Positions 46,884-56,871 are shown, counted from the stretch's first letter. The stretch is DNA of 64,000 bases from an uncultured Dehalococcoidia bacterium (GCA_964565775.1 CAZMGB010000009.1:65062-129061), one strand, 5' to 3'. The notes: generated by a model not told the origin, from the letters alone. Made by a program: numbers and translations.

Positions 46884-47245
46884 CGAGCGACCCTTGTCTT
46901 TCACTTGCTGGCGCACGCTCGTGACATGCAAGACTCACGCGGCCGACCTGGCCGGCGCAGTCTATACCCTTCCACTTCGATTATCGGAGGAAGCGGGCAA
47001 GTCATTATCGACCAGTGGGTATAGGGGGAGGCTCTACGCCCCTCGCGCGGCATGTCGAACAAGGGAGAAGCGTGGTCCTGACCTTCGATTGACATAAGCA
47101 CAGGCGTCGGTGGCGGAGCTTCTCGAGTCCAGCGGCAGGCGGGCGGCGCGTACCCGGGCTCGCGCGGAAGAGCCATCCTTCGGCGGCCGGCGGTTGTCAA
47201 ACCGGTCCGGAGCGCGGATGATGGGGCGTGGAAAGGAGGTGCGTG

Positions 47246-47668
47246 ATGCCTCTGACAGGGCGGGAGATAGAGGACTTCCTGGGCCGGCCGAACATCGCCG
47301 TCATGGCCACCGTCGGGGCCGATGGACAGCCGCATGCAGTGCCCACCTGGTATGACTACGACGGTGGTGAGATCGTGCTGCACATGGGTGTTGGTTCGCG
47401 GCGCTACCGCAATCTGACGGGCAATGACCGCGTCACCGTTTGCGTCGACACCAAGACGCCGCCGTACATGGCGGTCGTCGTCGAGGGCCGCGCACGGACG
47501 GAGGTCGGCACGGACGATGAGCGCTCGCGGCTAATGGCCATCCACTACCTGGGTGAGAAGGCGGGCGCGGCCTACGCCGATTCCCTTCGCGGAGGCCGAA
47601 TGGTCATCGCCCGCGTCGTGCCGGAGAAGATCATCTCGTGGGACTACGGTCGCGGCGACAACCCCTGA
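47246..47668 (+). CDS. PPOX class F420-dependent / pyridoxamine 5'-phosphate oxidase family protein
   Basis: MPLTGREIEDFLGRPNIAVMATVGADGQPHAVPTWYDYDGGEIVLHMGVGSRRYRNLTGNDRVTVCVD is the FMN/F420-binding split-barrel signature. GAAAGGAGG RBS before the ATG at 47246, which is in frame within track ORF 47228-47668. Confidence 0.6.
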   Translation: MPLTGREIEDFLGRPNIAVMATVGADGQPHAVPTWYDYDGGEIVLHMGVGSRRYRNLTGNDRVTVCVDTKTPPYMAVVVEGRARTEVGTDDERSRLMAIHYLGEKAGAAYADSLRGGRMVIARVVPEKIISWDYGRGDNP

Positions 47669-47671
47669 CGG

Positions 47672-48085
47672 CTATTCGCCGATAACCTTGACCACCACCC
47701 GTTTCCGCCGCTGACCGTCAAACTCGGCGTAGAAGACCTGCTCCCACGGCCCCAGGTCGAGCTTGCCCTCGGTGACTGGCAGCAGCGCCTGGTGGTGGAC
47801 AAGGGTGCGCTTGAGGTGGGCGTCGCCGTTGTCCTCGCCCGTTCGATGGTGCTTGTACTCGGGCCGGAAGGGCGCGAGCGTCTCCAGAAGCTCCCAGAAG
47901 TCCTGCCAGAGGCCCTCCTCGTGGTCGTTGACCCAGATGCCGGCCGTGATGTGCATGGCGCTCACGAGGCAGAAGCCCTCCTGAATCCCGGACTCGCGGA
48001 CGGCAGCCTCGACGTCTTGAGTGACGTTGATCAGGTCACGACGCGTCTTGGTGTCGAACCACAGGTACTGGGTATGACTCTTCAT
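47672..48085 (-). CDS. YjbQ family (UPF0047) protein, second paralog
   Basis: [29 protein letters not shown]...[26 protein letters not shown]...[26 protein letters not shown] matches the YjbQ fold. ATG at 48085 within track ORF 47672-48154. Confidence 0.7.
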   Translation of the reverse strand: MKSHTQYLWFDTKTRRDLINVTQDVEAAVRESGIQEGFCLVSAMHITAGIWVNDHEEGLWQDFWELLETLAPFRPEYKHHRTGEDNGDAHLKRTLVHHQALLPVTEGKLDLGPWEQVFYAEFDGQRRKRVVVKVIGE

Positions 48086-48348
48086 AGCACCTCTCTCCAA
48101 GCTCGCCGGGAGGCCCCCTGATGGATGACCGGTGCCCCTTCGCTTCCCGTGCAATTGTACTCCGACCTGTCGACGACCGCTGACCCTTCGCTTCTCGCAA
48201 AGATGTGGTGTGTGAGCACAAGCGCTTGACAGGAGGAGGGGCGCCAGTGTATGCTTGGGCGGACGGTATACGGCAACCGCTTGCCGTATGGCATCGCCCA
48301 GACCGTGTGCGGTACCGGTTGAGGCCCAGGGCCGAGGAGACCTCGCGT

Positions 48349-48900
48349 ATGTCGAACAACCACCCCGACCGCACTACACCGGGCGTAGCTGCCTTCCCCG
48401 ATGTCGTCGTTTTCAGATGCGCGAATAGCTCACGCACGGGCGCGGCGCTCTCATCCGCCGTCGGCCGGCGGCGTCTGGGGGCCGGCCCGGAGTGGCCCAT
48501 TCCGGTACGGGAGGTTGTGCTTCCATGCACGGGAAAGCTGCAGCCGGAGCATCTCCTGAAGGCGTTCGAGGCGGGCGCGGACGCGGTCTGCGTCATTGCC
48601 TGTGCTCAGGACAACTGCCACTACCTCGAGGGAAGCCGGCGTGCGGAGCGGCGGGTCGAGTACGTGAGGGCGCTGCTTGACGAAGTAGGCCTGGGCGGCG
48701 AACGGCTGATGGTTTTCCACCTACCCGGATCGGCGCAGGAGGACATGGCGCTTCTACTCGCCCCACGAGGGAGTGCGCCCAGCACGCGGCTGAGCGAGGA
48801 AGAGCTCGGCTCACGGGTGGCCGCCATACGGGAGAGTGTCATGGCTGGGCTTAACGCTCTGCGACCGAATCCGCTGCGCCAGAGCGAAGCGACCGCCTGA
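48349..48900 (+). CDS. mvhD: MvhD/FlpD-like hydrogenase iron-sulfur subunit D (copy 1)
   Basis: [16 protein letters not shown]...[43 protein letters not shown] is the MvhD Cys pattern (C..C...C..TG....LL.AF..GAD.V.V..C....CHY). ATG at 48349 within track ORF 48205-48900. Confidence 0.7.
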   Translation: MSNNHPDRTTPGVAAFPDVVVFRCANSSRTGAALSSAVGRRRLGAGPEWPIPVREVVLPCTGKLQPEHLLKAFEAGADAVCVIACAQDNCHYLEGSRRAERRVEYVRALLDEVGLGGERLMVFHLPGSAQEDMALLLAPRGSAPSTRLSEEELGSRVAAIRESVMAGLNALRPNPLRQSEATA

Positions 48901-48931
48901 CCGTGTGGCGAATCTTGGTGGGACCAGTCGA

Positions 48932-49837
48932 ATGGGAGCAGGATCAACACTCGCCGACGTATTGCGATCGGGGCGACTGGCCGTCACCGCTGAGTGCGTC
49001 CCGCCGCGCTCGGCGGATGCTGAGATCATCAGGAAGCAGGCAGCTTCTTTCCCCCCGGCCTTGGACGCCGTCGTGGTGGTGGACAATCGCGAAGAGATCG
49101 GCGCATCTGCCCTGGCTTGCTCCTCCCTCCTGGCAGCCGAGGGAAAGGAGCCGATCCTCACCATCCTAACGCGCGACCGGAACAGGATCGCCCTCCAGTC
49201 CGATGTCCTCGGCGCAGCGATGCTCGGCGTCAGGAACGTCCTTTGCCTCTCCGGAGACCATCAGTCCCTGGGTGTGTGCCCGGAGGCGGCGGCCGCTTTC
49301 GACATCGACTCCGTCCAGCTGATCCAAGCGCTCACGATGATGCGCGACGAGGGCGTCCTTCTCGGCGACAGGCCGCTACAGTCCAGGCCAGCGCTCTTCG
49401 TAGGTGCGGCGACGCATCCCTACCTTCGCCCGCTGGAACTCGGTCTCATCGGATTGCGAAAGAAGGTGGAGGCGGGCGCCCAGTTCCTGTTCACCCAGCC
49501 CGTGTTCGACGTTGAGGGCTTGACTGAGTGGATGAGCGCCGTGCGGGAGGTCGGCCTTCACGAGCGCACGTACATCATCGCGAGCGTGCGCCCGCTGGCA
49601 AGCGCCGAGCAGGCCGAGGCTCTGCGAACGCAGCGAAGGGCGGCCGCGATTCCCGATGGTCTGATAGCCCGGCTGCGTGACTCCAAAGAACCGGCGCGCG
49701 AGGGCATAGCAATCTGTGCTGAGATCGCGGTTCGGGTCAAGGACATCGAGGGAGTGCGGGGCGTCCACATCCTTTGCGATGGATCGGTTAGGGCCGTGGC
49801 GGAGGTCATTCAGCAGGCGGGTCTTTCTAGCCGATAG
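48932..49837 (+). CDS. metF: methylenetetrahydrofolate reductase, acetogen-type catalytic subunit MetF
   Basis: 302 aa TIM-barrel. LAVTAECVPP...NVLCLSGDHQSLG...AQFLFTQPVFDVE is the MTHFR family signature. No C-terminal regulatory domain, as in Moorella-type MetF. ATG at 48932 within track ORF 48836-49837. Confidence 0.75.
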   Translation: MGAGSTLADVLRSGRLAVTAECVPPRSADAEIIRKQAASFPPALDAVVVVDNREEIGASALACSSLLAAEGKEPILTILTRDRNRIALQSDVLGAAMLGVRNVLCLSGDHQSLGVCPEAAAAFDIDSVQLIQALTMMRDEGVLLGDRPLQSRPALFVGAATHPYLRPLELGLIGLRKKVEAGAQFLFTQPVFDVEGLTEWMSAVREVGLHERTYIIASVRPLASAEQAEALRTQRRAAAIPDGLIARLRDSKEPAREGIAICAEIAVRVKDIEGVRGVHILCDGSVRAVAEVIQQAGLSSR

Positions 49838-49877
49838 GCGGCAGGAGAAGGCATTGCCCGAACGGTATCACATTCCG

Positions 49878-51233
49878 ATGGCTCCAGCGCCCGCCCGGTT
49901 CCGCCCGGTCGGCAAGTACGGGACCGTCGACTGGCGCGAGGACTGCTCGGGCTGCACGAACTGTGTCAAGCCGCAGTGCACCTACGGCGTCTATCGATCA
50001 GAATACGACTTCAACCGCGACCCGTCATCGCCCATCGAACCACTGTTCGATTGCAGGGCGTGCCTGTCCTGCATTCAGGGCTGCACGAAGGGACTGCTGT
50101 CCCTGTCCATCAATGAGGAGTACCTTGCCCTCGGCGACGACTACTGGCAGCCCGCCATAATCGCCACCACCTGGCAGCAGGCCGAGACGGGCCGCATCCC
50201 GGTCTCGGGCGCGGGATACCGCGGACCGTTTCACGGGCCCGGATTCGACTCGATGTGGACGGACATGTCGGAGATCGTCCGTCCCACCCGAGACGGCATC
50301 CACGGGCGAGAGTACATCAACACGTCCGTCGATATCGGAGCGAAACCGACACGTCTAGTGTTCAACGCCGATGGAGAAATGGCGGAGGCAGAGCCACTCA
50401 TCGAGGTGCCGATCCCGGTTATCCTCGACGCCGCACCCTGGGGCTCGGAGGCCGAGGCGGTCTCCCGCGCGAGGATGGCGGCGGCGGCGACTCTGGGAAC
50501 GCTGAGCATAGTGCGACCGAACGATGTCGCCGCGGCAGCTTCGAACCACGTATCCTCCCTCGTTCCGCAGTTCGATGGGTTTGAGTTCGCCGGGCACGAG
50601 GCGCTGCTGCGACAGGTTCGCATGGTCGAGATCGGGGAAGGGTCAGACATCCTCTCCCGTGCCGAGCAGCTACGCTCGATTAACAGTAGCCTGGTTATCT
50701 GCGCCCGAGTCCCGCTCGAGCCCACAGTCACTGAACGCGTCTTCGCCTTATATGAGAACGGCATTAGGGTAGTCCACCTGTGCGCGGACACCCATGGCCG
50801 GGAAACCGGCACGGAGAGCCCGCGCTTCCTGAAAGACGCGCTGAGGGAAGTTCACACCCGGCTGGTCCAGGAGGGCGTGCGCGACGAGGTGACGCTGATC
50901 GCCAGCGGTGGCATCGCCCTCGCTGAGCACATGGCCAAGGCGATCATCTGCGGAGCCGATCTGGTGGCTCTCGGAGTTCCTTTAATGGTCGCGCTGGGGT
51001 GTCGTGTCTGCTGGGGGGATCACAATGGGTCATGTCCGGCGGACATTGAGAATGTCGACCCCTCATACGCCGCCCAGAGAATGGTGAACCTCATGGGCGC
51101 CTGGCACTCGCAGCTCATCGAGGTGCTGGGCGCTATGGGCATGCGCGAGGTGCGGCGCCTCCGTGGGGAGGTAGGGCGCGCGATGTTCCTGGAAGATCTT
51201 GAGCGAGAGGCATTCAGTGATCTACGCAACTGA
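49878..51233 (+). CDS. archaeal-type glutamate synthase FMN-domain (GltB domain 2) paralog, apparently degenerate
   Basis: Same architecture as the next gene: N-terminal Cys-rich ferredoxin-like region (DCSGCTNCVKPQCTYGVY...CRACLSCIQGC), then ATTWQQAETGRIP, then C-terminal IASGGIALAEHMAKAIICGADLVALGVPLMVALGCRVC. It lacks the GGMSFGS and TGEGG catalytic loops. Confidence 0.55.
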   Translation: MAPAPARFRPVGKYGTVDWREDCSGCTNCVKPQCTYGVYRSEYDFNRDPSSPIEPLFDCRACLSCIQGCTKGLLSLSINEEYLALGDDYWQPAIIATTWQQAETGRIPVSGAGYRGPFHGPGFDSMWTDMSEIVRPTRDGIHGREYINTSVDIGAKPTRLVFNADGEMAEAEPLIEVPIPVILDAAPWGSEAEAVSRARMAAAATLGTLSIVRPNDVAAAASNHVSSLVPQFDGFEFAGHEALLRQVRMVEIGEGSDILSRAEQLRSINSSLVICARVPLEPTVTERVFALYENGIRVVHLCADTHGRETGTESPRFLKDALREVHTRLVQEGVRDEVTLIASGGIALAEHMAKAIICGADLVALGVPLMVALGCRVCWGDHNGSCPADIENVDPSYAAQRMVNLMGAWHSQLIEVLGAMGMREVRRLRGEVGRAMFLEDLEREAFSDLRN

Positions 51234-52782
51234 GCGCACAGGCGTCGAGGCCCTCCACGCACGCGCCGGCAGGACGCCACAGCGCGCGGTGGAGCGCGAA
51301 GTGCGCGTGACGCCCGACCGCTATCGTAACCCGATCGGCAGGTACAAGGTGCGGCGGAGCGCCGGCTGTCGTTCATGTGGGCAATGCGTGGAGCTCTGCC
51401 CGTACGGTGTTCACGTGAAGCCTCCCGGATACAGCCTGACGCTGCGCCCTCGTGACCACCTGTGCATCGGGCCCAGTTGCGCTGAGACCGATCACTACTG
51501 CATCGAGCACTGCCCGAACCACGCGCTCTCCCTGGCGCGAAATCCCACGGCCGACGCCATCGGCGACCCGCGCTGGACGTCCGACCTGCTTCTCTCCACC
51601 TGGCATCAGGCCGAGACGGGCCACAGCCCGACGGGCGGCCTTGAGTTCCGGCACGGCGCCTCCGGCGGGGGGTTCGACAAACTGCGCTTTCGCTTCCCGG
51701 AGAAGCCCTCGGTCGCGCTGGACGAGAGCGAGATCGACACGGGGCTCGACCTGAACCGGCGCAACGACGACCGGCCGCGTCTGCGCATTGACCTGCCCAT
51801 CTACGGCGGCGGGATGTCATTCGGCTCCGTGAGCATCCATGTGATGCTCGCCAGAGCGCGAGCGGCGACCGCCTGGAACACCTTCACCTGCACCGGTGAA
51901 GGCGGGTACCCACAGCGTCTCGAGCCCTACGACGACCATGTGATCACACAGGTCGCCACCGGGCTGTTCGGCGTGCGTGAGGAGACGATTCAGAGGGTGC
52001 GCGTCGTCGAGTTCAAGTACGCCCAGGGTGCGAAGCCCGGCCTCGGCGGCCACCTCCTGGGCGACAAGAACACGCCCGATGTGGCCCGCATGCGCCAGGC
52101 AGTCGTGGGCAACGCCCTCTTCTCGCCCTTCCCGTTTCACAGCGTCTACTCGGTCGAAGACCACAAGAAGCACCTGGACTGGATCAAGGCAACGAACCCG
52201 AAGGCGCTCGTATCCGTCAAGGTCTCGACGCCTACGGACGTAGACATGGTGGCGGTAGGGAGCTACTACGCCGGTGCCCACATCATCCACCTGGACGGCA
52301 GCTACGGCGGCACAGGCGCTGCGCCCGACATCGCCAAGAAGAACATCGCCATGCCGATCGAGTATGCCATACCGATAGTGCACAAGTTTCTGGTCGCGGA
52401 AGGCATCCGCGACGAAATCGTCCTCATAGCGAGCGGCGGGATACGGACGGCCTACGACGTGCTGAAGTCGATCGCCCTCGGCGCGGACGGCGTCGTGACC
52501 GGCACGGCGGAGCTCGTGGCGCTGGGCTGCATCCGCTGTGGCGGCTGCGAGAGCGGCCGCGGATGCGCGCGGGGCATCGCAACCACCGACCGAGAGCTCA
52601 CGCTCCAGGTGGACATCGACTGGGCAACACAGAGGCTCATCAACCTGTTCGCGGCCTGGCGCGAGGAGTTCGTTGGCGTTCTCCGGCAGTTCGGCATGAG
52701 GAGCATCGCCGAGCTGCGGGGGCGCACGGACTGCCTCTACCACCTGGACTACGCGAAGGAGGGCGAGGCGACCGGTGCTTGA
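51199..52782 (+). CDS. archaeal-type glutamate synthase FMN-binding subunit (GltB domain 2 with N-terminal [4Fe-4S] region)
   Basis: LPIYGGGMSFGSVS...FTCTGEGGYP...KYAQGAKPGLGGHLLG...IASGGIRTAYDVLKSIALGADGVVTGTAELVALGCIRCGGCESGRGC aligns motif-for-motif with the FMN/3Fe-4S domain of GltB (compare 11684-16231). N-terminal CRSCGQCVELCP and CIEHCP motifs. Confidence 0.75.
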   Translation: MSERHSVIYATERTGVEALHARAGRTPQRAVEREVRVTPDRYRNPIGRYKVRRSAGCRSCGQCVELCPYGVHVKPPGYSLTLRPRDHLCIGPSCAETDHYCIEHCPNHALSLARNPTADAIGDPRWTSDLLLSTWHQAETGHSPTGGLEFRHGASGGGFDKLRFRFPEKPSVALDESEIDTGLDLNRRNDDRPRLRIDLPIYGGGMSFGSVSIHVMLARARAATAWNTFTCTGEGGYPQRLEPYDDHVITQVATGLFGVREETIQRVRVVEFKYAQGAKPGLGGHLLGDKNTPDVARMRQAVVGNALFSPFPFHSVYSVEDHKKHLDWIKATNPKALVSVKVSTPTDVDMVAVGSYYAGAHIIHLDGSYGGTGAAPDIAKKNIAMPIEYAIPIVHKFLVAEGIRDEIVLIASGGIRTAYDVLKSIALGADGVVTGTAELVALGCIRCGGCESGRGCARGIATTDRELTLQVDIDWATQRLINLFAAWREEFVGVLRQFGMRSIAELRGRTDCLYHLDYAKEGEATGA

Positions 52783-55384
52783 TGCGGCTGACCGACTGAT
52801 TCGATCACGGGCGGAGATGTTCGACGGGCGCCCGCCCATCATCGCCCCGCGCGCCGCAGACGAGGGGGGATGCGGCGTCACCGGATTCGCCTGCTCCATC
52901 CCCGTGCGCGGCCGCCACATCTATGCACCCTCCTTGCAGATGCACAACCGAGGCAACGGCAAAGGCGGCGGCATAGCTGCCGTTGGGCTCGTCCCGGAGG
53001 ACATCGGCGTGCCACAGGAGGTGCTCGACACGCACTACATGGTGCAGGTCGCCCTGCTCGACCCGTCGGCCCGCGCCGATGTAGAGCGGGAGTGCATCCA
53101 GCCTGTCTTCGATATCGCTCTCTCCACGCGGGCGCCGACCATGGACGACTACCGCGACGTGCCGGGCCTCGAGGTTCAGCCGCCCGATGTCCATCGCTAC
53201 CTGGTGCGCGTCAAGCCCGACGTCCTGCGGGCGTTCGCCGAGAAGAACGGCCTGGGCGATCTTCCTCCGCGTGACCTCGAGGACGAATTCGTCTACCGCA
53301 ACTCCATGCGTCTGAACGAGACCTTCTACGCCTCACTCGGCGACAAGAAAGCATTCGTGCTCTCGCACGGGCGGAACCTCCTCGTCTTCAAGATCGTTGG
53401 CTACGCCGAGCAGATCGTCCAGTACTACCAGCTCGAAGACCTGCACGCACACGTCTGGATCGCCCACCAGCGCTACCCGACGAAGGGCCGCGTCTGGCAC
53501 CCCGGCGGCGCACATCCTTTCGTTGGCCTGAACGAGGCCCTGGTTCACAACGGCGACTTCGCCAACTATCACTCGGTGAGCGAGTACCTCCTTCAGCGCA
53601 ACATCCGCCCGCAGTTCCTCACTGATACCGAGGTCTCTGTCCAGCTCTTCGACCTGTGGTCAAGGGTGTACAAGTACCCGTTGGAGTACGTCATCGAGGC
53701 GCTCGCACCCACAACGGAGCACGACTTTGATCACCTCCCCGAGGAGAAACAGCGCATCTACCGCCGCATCCAGGCGACGCACATCCACGGCTCTCCGGAT
53801 GGCCCCTGGTTCTTCATCATCGCGCGCAGCCTGCCTGACCAGAAGCAGTACCAGTTGCTGGGGATCACGGACACCGCGATGCTGCGCCCGCAGGTCTTCG
53901 CGCTTTCCGAGGGTGACGTTCAGGTCGGGCTCATCTGCTCCGAGAAGCAGGCAATTGACGCCACGCTCCGCAGCCTGGGGGAGGAGGACCAGCGCTTCTG
54001 CCCCATCGCGGACCGATACTGGAACGCTCGCGGTGGCAGCCACACCGACGGCGGCGCATTCGTCTTCACCATTACCGACGAAGGGGACCGCAGGGCTCTT
54101 ACCTGCACAGACAAGTTCGGCCGAGCCGTATCAGTTGGAGGCGCCCGCGTCCGCTGCGACCTCGCCCCGCCTGACATGTCCGGCGGACGCTCCCGCTCGA
54201 TACGCGACTTCGTCCGCACCGCGCTTCAGAGAAGCGATGCCCTCGGCCTGTACAGCCAGACGATCGAGAACCTTCCGGCATGGGAGCCGGGCGGGCTTCG
54301 CGAGTTCTGCAATGCGGTGTGCGAGGAAGCGGACAGCGGCCCGGCGAGAACGACCGCCATCGAGGCGCTCACCATGCTCCACGATCGCCGGTATGACACA
54401 GGCGACAAACGGAGGAGCTCTGTCCTCCGGGTTCTGAACGAGGCGCTGACGCGTCTGTTCGAGGGTGCGCCGCCCTTCGGCTCCGGCGGGAGGGGCCTCC
54501 ACCGGCGCGTAGACTGGGCGACACGAGAGCTCCTCGCAGCACCGCAGCCGGGGGAAGAGGTGCTCGTTGTCAGCGCTGAGCGCTTCCCACCCGAGGGCGG
54601 CGACTGCGATGCCGTCCTCCTGCGCCGCGCCTATGACCTGGGCTGGCGGCGCTTCATCTGCTACGGATATCGCGGTCAGCGTTTCACCGGCTGCGGACTG
54701 GGGCCGGACACGGCCGACGTCCGGATCGACGTCTACGGGAGCTCCGGCGACTACCTCGGCTCCGGCATAGACGGCCTCTCGATCTTCGTGCACGGCAACG
54801 GCCAGGATCAGCTCGGCCAGATCATGAATCGCGGCAAGCTCGTCGTTTACGGCGATGTCGGCCAGACGTTCCTTTACGGCGCGAAGGGCGGCGAGGTGTA
54901 CGTTCTGGGCAACGCCGCCGGCCGCCCCTTGATCAACGCCGTCGGTCGCCCGCGGGTCGTCATCAACGGCACCTGCCTTGACTTCCTCGCCGAGGCGTTC
55001 ATGGCGGGCGACCCTCTCGACGGCGGCGGCTTCGCTATCCTCAACGGCATCGAGTTCGATGATCACGGCCGCCTGATTCCGCAGCCGACGCCTTACCCGG
55101 GCGGCAACCTGTTCTCTCTTGCCTCCGGCGGGGCGATCTACATCCGCGATCCGCGCCGACAGGTCGTCGAGGCGCAGCTCAACGGCGGCGAATTCGTCTC
55201 GCTTTCAGAGGAAGACTGGCGTCTTATCCTTCCCTTCCTCGAGGAGAACGAGCGGCTGTTCGGCGTCTCCGTTGGGGAGCTTCTCACCGTCGAGGGAGAG
55301 CTTCGCGAGCCGGAGGAGGTCTATCGCAAGGTGCGGACTGTGAAGCTTGACGTCCTCGCCGCGCAAGCGGGGAGCGCCATATGA
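52775..55384 (+). CDS. fused class II glutamine amidotransferase domain + glutamate synthase GXGXG (alpha-subunit C-terminal) domain protein (archaeal GltA+GltC-like)
   Basis: N-terminal Ntn-type region around EGGCGVTGFACS. Typical GATase II residues (HQRYPTKG...HPF..NGDFANY). C-terminal beta-helix with repeated G.G motifs (CYGYRGQRFTGCGLG...YGSSGDYLGSGIDG...HGNGQDQLG...YGDVGQTF.YGAKGGEVYVLGNAAG) as in the GltB C-domain. Confidence 0.75.
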   Translation: MLDAADRLIRSRAEMFDGRPPIIAPRAADEGGCGVTGFACSIPVRGRHIYAPSLQMHNRGNGKGGGIAAVGLVPEDIGVPQEVLDTHYMVQVALLDPSARADVERECIQPVFDIALSTRAPTMDDYRDVPGLEVQPPDVHRYLVRVKPDVLRAFAEKNGLGDLPPRDLEDEFVYRNSMRLNETFYASLGDKKAFVLSHGRNLLVFKIVGYAEQIVQYYQLEDLHAHVWIAHQRYPTKGRVWHPGGAHPFVGLNEALVHNGDFANYHSVSEYLLQRNIRPQFLTDTEVSVQLFDLWSRVYKYPLEYVIEALAPTTEHDFDHLPEEKQRIYRRIQATHIHGSPDGPWFFIIARSLPDQKQYQLLGITDTAMLRPQVFALSEGDVQVGLICSEKQAIDATLRSLGEEDQRFCPIADRYWNARGGSHTDGGAFVFTITDEGDRRALTCTDKFGRAVSVGGARVRCDLAPPDMSGGRSRSIRDFVRTALQRSDALGLYSQTIENLPAWEPGGLREFCNAVCEEADSGPARTTAIEALTMLHDRRYDTGDKRRSSVLRVLNEALTRLFEGAPPFGSGGRGLHRRVDWATRELLAAPQPGEEVLVVSAERFPPEGGDCDAVLLRRAYDLGWRRFICYGYRGQRFTGCGLGPDTADVRIDVYGSSGDYLGSGIDGLSIFVHGNGQDQLGQIMNRGKLVVYGDVGQTFLYGAKGGEVYVLGNAAGRPLINAVGRPRVVINGTCLDFLAEAFMAGDPLDGGGFAILNGIEFDDHGRLIPQPTPYPGGNLFSLASGGAIYIRDPRRQVVEAQLNGGEFVSLSEEDWRLILPFLEENERLFGVSVGELLTVEGELREPEEVYRKVRTVKLDVLAAQAGSAI

Positions 55385-55962
55385 GCACGGTAGCAGGAGA
55401 GCTGATCCGCGTGCCCCCCGCTATGGGTGCCTTCGTGCGCGAGGTGGAGGCGGCCTCCGGCGCGAGCATAGCACTCTGTCTCCAGTGTCAGAAGTGCACC
55501 TCCGGCTGCCCCGTGGCCGCGGACGCCGACATCAAGCCGCACGAGATTATCCGGCTCGTCCAGCTAGGGGAGCGAGATGAGGTCCTTTCGAGCCGCATGA
55601 TCTGGGAATGCACGTCGTGCGAGACGTGCTGGACGCGCTGTCCGCAAGCGGTGGCACTCCCGGCGGCTATCGATGCCCTGCGCAGGCTGTCGCGCGCCGC
55701 CGCGAAGGTCACTCCGGAGACCAGAGTCCCAGCTTTCAACGACATCTTTCTCGGCTCAGTGCGGCAGATGGGCCGGGTGTATGAGATAGGGCTCATGGCG
55801 GCGTTCAAGCTCCGCACGAAGGACCTCCTTCAGGACTTTAACAAGCTGCCGGCGATGCTTCGCAAAGGCAAGCTGGCGCTGCTGCCCGTCTTCGTACGCG
55901 GCCGTTCGGACCGAACGCGCCTGTTCCGGCGCATCGAAGGGTCCGGAGGTGAGAAGCGATGA
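55381..55962 (+). CDS. hdrC: heterodisulfide reductase subunit C (two [4Fe-4S] motifs)
   Basis: CLQCQKCTSGCP and CTSCETCWTRCP ferredoxin-type motifs in a 193-aa protein. Overlaps the upstream gene by 4 nt. Confidence 0.8.
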   Translation: MSTVAGELIRVPPAMGAFVREVEAASGASIALCLQCQKCTSGCPVAADADIKPHEIIRLVQLGERDEVLSSRMIWECTSCETCWTRCPQAVALPAAIDALRRLSRAAAKVTPETRVPAFNDIFLGSVRQMGRVYEIGLMAAFKLRTKDLLQDFNKLPAMLRKGKLALLPVFVRGRSDRTRLFRRIEGSGGEKR

Positions 55963-56867
55963 GCTACGTCTTCTATCCCGGCTGCTCGCTTGAGTCGACC
56001 GCGAAGAGCTATCACGTTTCCACGAAGGCCGTCGCCCGCGCGCTGGGGCTGGAACTGCCGGAACTGCCCGACTGGATCTGCTGCGGCTCGACGGCCGCTC
56101 ACCAGTCGAACTCCCTGCTGTCGCTGGCGCTTCCGGCGAAGAACTTGCTCGCGGCCTCCGGCAAGACAGTGGCCGTGTGCTGCGCCGCTTGCTACAGCCG
56201 CCTGAAGGTGGCGAATGACCGGATCGCCAACGATGCGGGCACCCGTTCCCGGGTCGCCGATGCCCTGGGCAGCGACTACGACGGCTCTACGCCGGTGAAG
56301 CACCTGCTCGAGATCCTGAGGGACGAGATCGGGCTCGACGAGATCGCCAAGCGCGTGTCGAAGCCGCTGGCGGGCCTGCGTGTCGCAGCCTACTACGGCT
56401 GCCTGCTCTTGCGTCCACCGGAAGTAATGCGGTTCGACGACCCGGAGAACCCGACGCTGCTGGATAACGTCCTTGCCGCCGCTGGCGCTGAGCCTCTGCA
56501 ATGGCCTCACAAGACGGAGTGCTGCGGCGCGAGCTACTCGATCACGAAGGTCGAGATCGTGCAAAGGCTGTCGTATGACATCCTGGCGATGGCCCGCGAC
56601 TCGGGGGCCGACTGCATTGCCGCAGCCTGTCCCCTCTGTCAGCTCAACCTGGACATGCGGCAGAGAGAGATCGAGGTGCGGTTCGGCGACAGACTGGGCC
56701 TGCCCGTGCTCTACTTCACCCAATTGCTCGGCCTGGCTCTCGGCCTCAAGCCGAATGAGCTCGGGCTGAGCAGCCTGATAGTGGACCCCATGCCGCTCTT
56801 GGCGAAGAGGGGCCTCCTGGCGCACGCCGGGTTGAAGGCGGCGGCGCCCGCGAACGTACCGGAATAG
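55959..56867 (+). CDS. hdrB: heterodisulfide reductase subunit B (two CCG domains)
   Basis: YPGCSL...WICCGSTAAH and YYGCLLLRP...ECCGASYS...CPLCQLN are the duplicated CCG-domain Cys patterns of HdrB. Confidence 0.85.
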   Translation: MSYVFYPGCSLESTAKSYHVSTKAVARALGLELPELPDWICCGSTAAHQSNSLLSLALPAKNLLAASGKTVAVCCAACYSRLKVANDRIANDAGTRSRVADALGSDYDGSTPVKHLLEILRDEIGLDEIAKRVSKPLAGLRVAAYYGCLLLRPPEVMRFDDPENPTLLDNVLAAAGAEPLQWPHKTECCGASYSITKVEIVQRLSYDILAMARDSGADCIAAACPLCQLNLDMRQREIEVRFGDRLGLPVLYFTQLLGLALGLKPNELGLSSLIVDPMPLLAKRGLLAHAGLKAAAPANVPE

Positions 56868-56871
56868 ACCG

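Noticed and set aside
47050-47246. TTGACA-containing segment and 8-bp inverted repeat (CTATACCC...GGGTATAG) in the divergent region between sensor 2 and the PPOX gene
   Set aside because: No -10 element is at the proper spacing. The repeats are short and could arise by chance. I kept it only as a generic divergent promoter region.
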